The translations under genes and the position numbers were made by a program. Under the pieces are notes generated by a model. That model saw only the letters and a program-made list of their open reading frames with translations. It did no database searches and was not told where the DNA came from. Positions 63,560-64,000 of a DNA stretch of 64,000 nt are shown here, piece after piece. The DNA is from Dicyema japonicum. Its lineage: Eukaryota > Animalia > Dicyemida. How positions within the stretch are numbered: position 1 is the first letter of the stretch; each line of letters begins with the position of its first letter. The stretch lies in NCBI GenBank assembly GCA_011109175.1, contig RDEW01000011.1, forward strand, positions 683,061-747,060. The letters are read 5' to 3'.

Positions 63560-64000
63560 TCACGATAATCCAAAAAGTTTCAATATAGAAGAATTGGAAG
63601 TTGTAAAAAATCTCGACATTAGTTTTCTTCTGCGTACAGCATCGAAAACTCAATCCCCTGTATGTGAGCAGCCTTCTGGAATCTCTTCGTCATGGCACAT
63701 ATTTATGTATGTGTCCATACGATATCCGCCGTGGACCTTCATCTTCTTAATCCACTTTGGCCCAGAGACAGATGTTCGTCAACAGTGGGAGAAATTTTTT
63801 CCAGAACAATCAGAGATAGTTGATAGGCCAGTGAGGGCGACGATTGTTTCAGAAGTTTCCCGTTGATATCGTCAATGCCCGGACTCCTGTTGTTGTTCAG
63901 CTTTTGCAGAACCGATGTATCTCCGCAATCGTAAGTGGCGTAGTCGAAGATCTGTGGGTGTCCGACAAATTTAGTTATGCGTTAGTAGTCATGATAATAA
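63560..64000 (-). mobile_element. RTE-like RT fragment
   Basis: KLNNNRSPGIDDINGKLLK, QSGLRR.RSTADIVW and FDAV motifs. Confidence 0.8.

Noticed and set aside
342-63866. Most short ORFs in the supplied track as independent genes
   Set aside because: They are antisense or alternative-frame shadows of transposon remnants, repeats or spliced genes.

Overview
AT-rich eukaryotic (most likely metazoan) genomic scaffold, read in the standard genetic code, dominated by decayed mobile elements. These include CRE-, RTE-, Jockey/I-like and R4/Dong-like non-LTR fragments, hAT (Buster/Charlie) and pogo/Tigger DNA transposons, a tRNA-derived SINE family and two tandem arrays. I assembled the host genes by hand; nearly all their introns are only 22-27 nt. 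Apparently intact genes are a Mad/Mxi/Mnt-type bHLH-Zip repressor (11446-12660, -), an S28 prolylcarboxypeptidase (23121-24699, -), WDR92/DNAAF10 (39974-41255, +) and an endosulfine/ARPP19 (55295-55560, +). PKD2-like, MTHFS and a second endosulfine copy are disrupted. Ultra-short introns plus ciliary genes suggest a reduced ciliated parasite such as a dicyemid (inference only). The top observation is a dispersed non-coding retroposon head present in three copies (22174-22232, 49381-49443, 55812-55874, all minus strand). It folds into a nested double pseudoknot with HDV-ribozyme topology, supported by compensatory base changes, but lacks the canonical HDV catalytic signature. Also notable: a tRNA-SINE whose copies carry swapped 3' tails, a conserved 18-nt 5' motif on divergent RTE families, and an RLE retrotransposon resembling microsporidian elements. 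Single n characters appear to mark scaffold joins, and the duplications flanking them are treated as artefacts. Transposon fragment boundaries are approximate.
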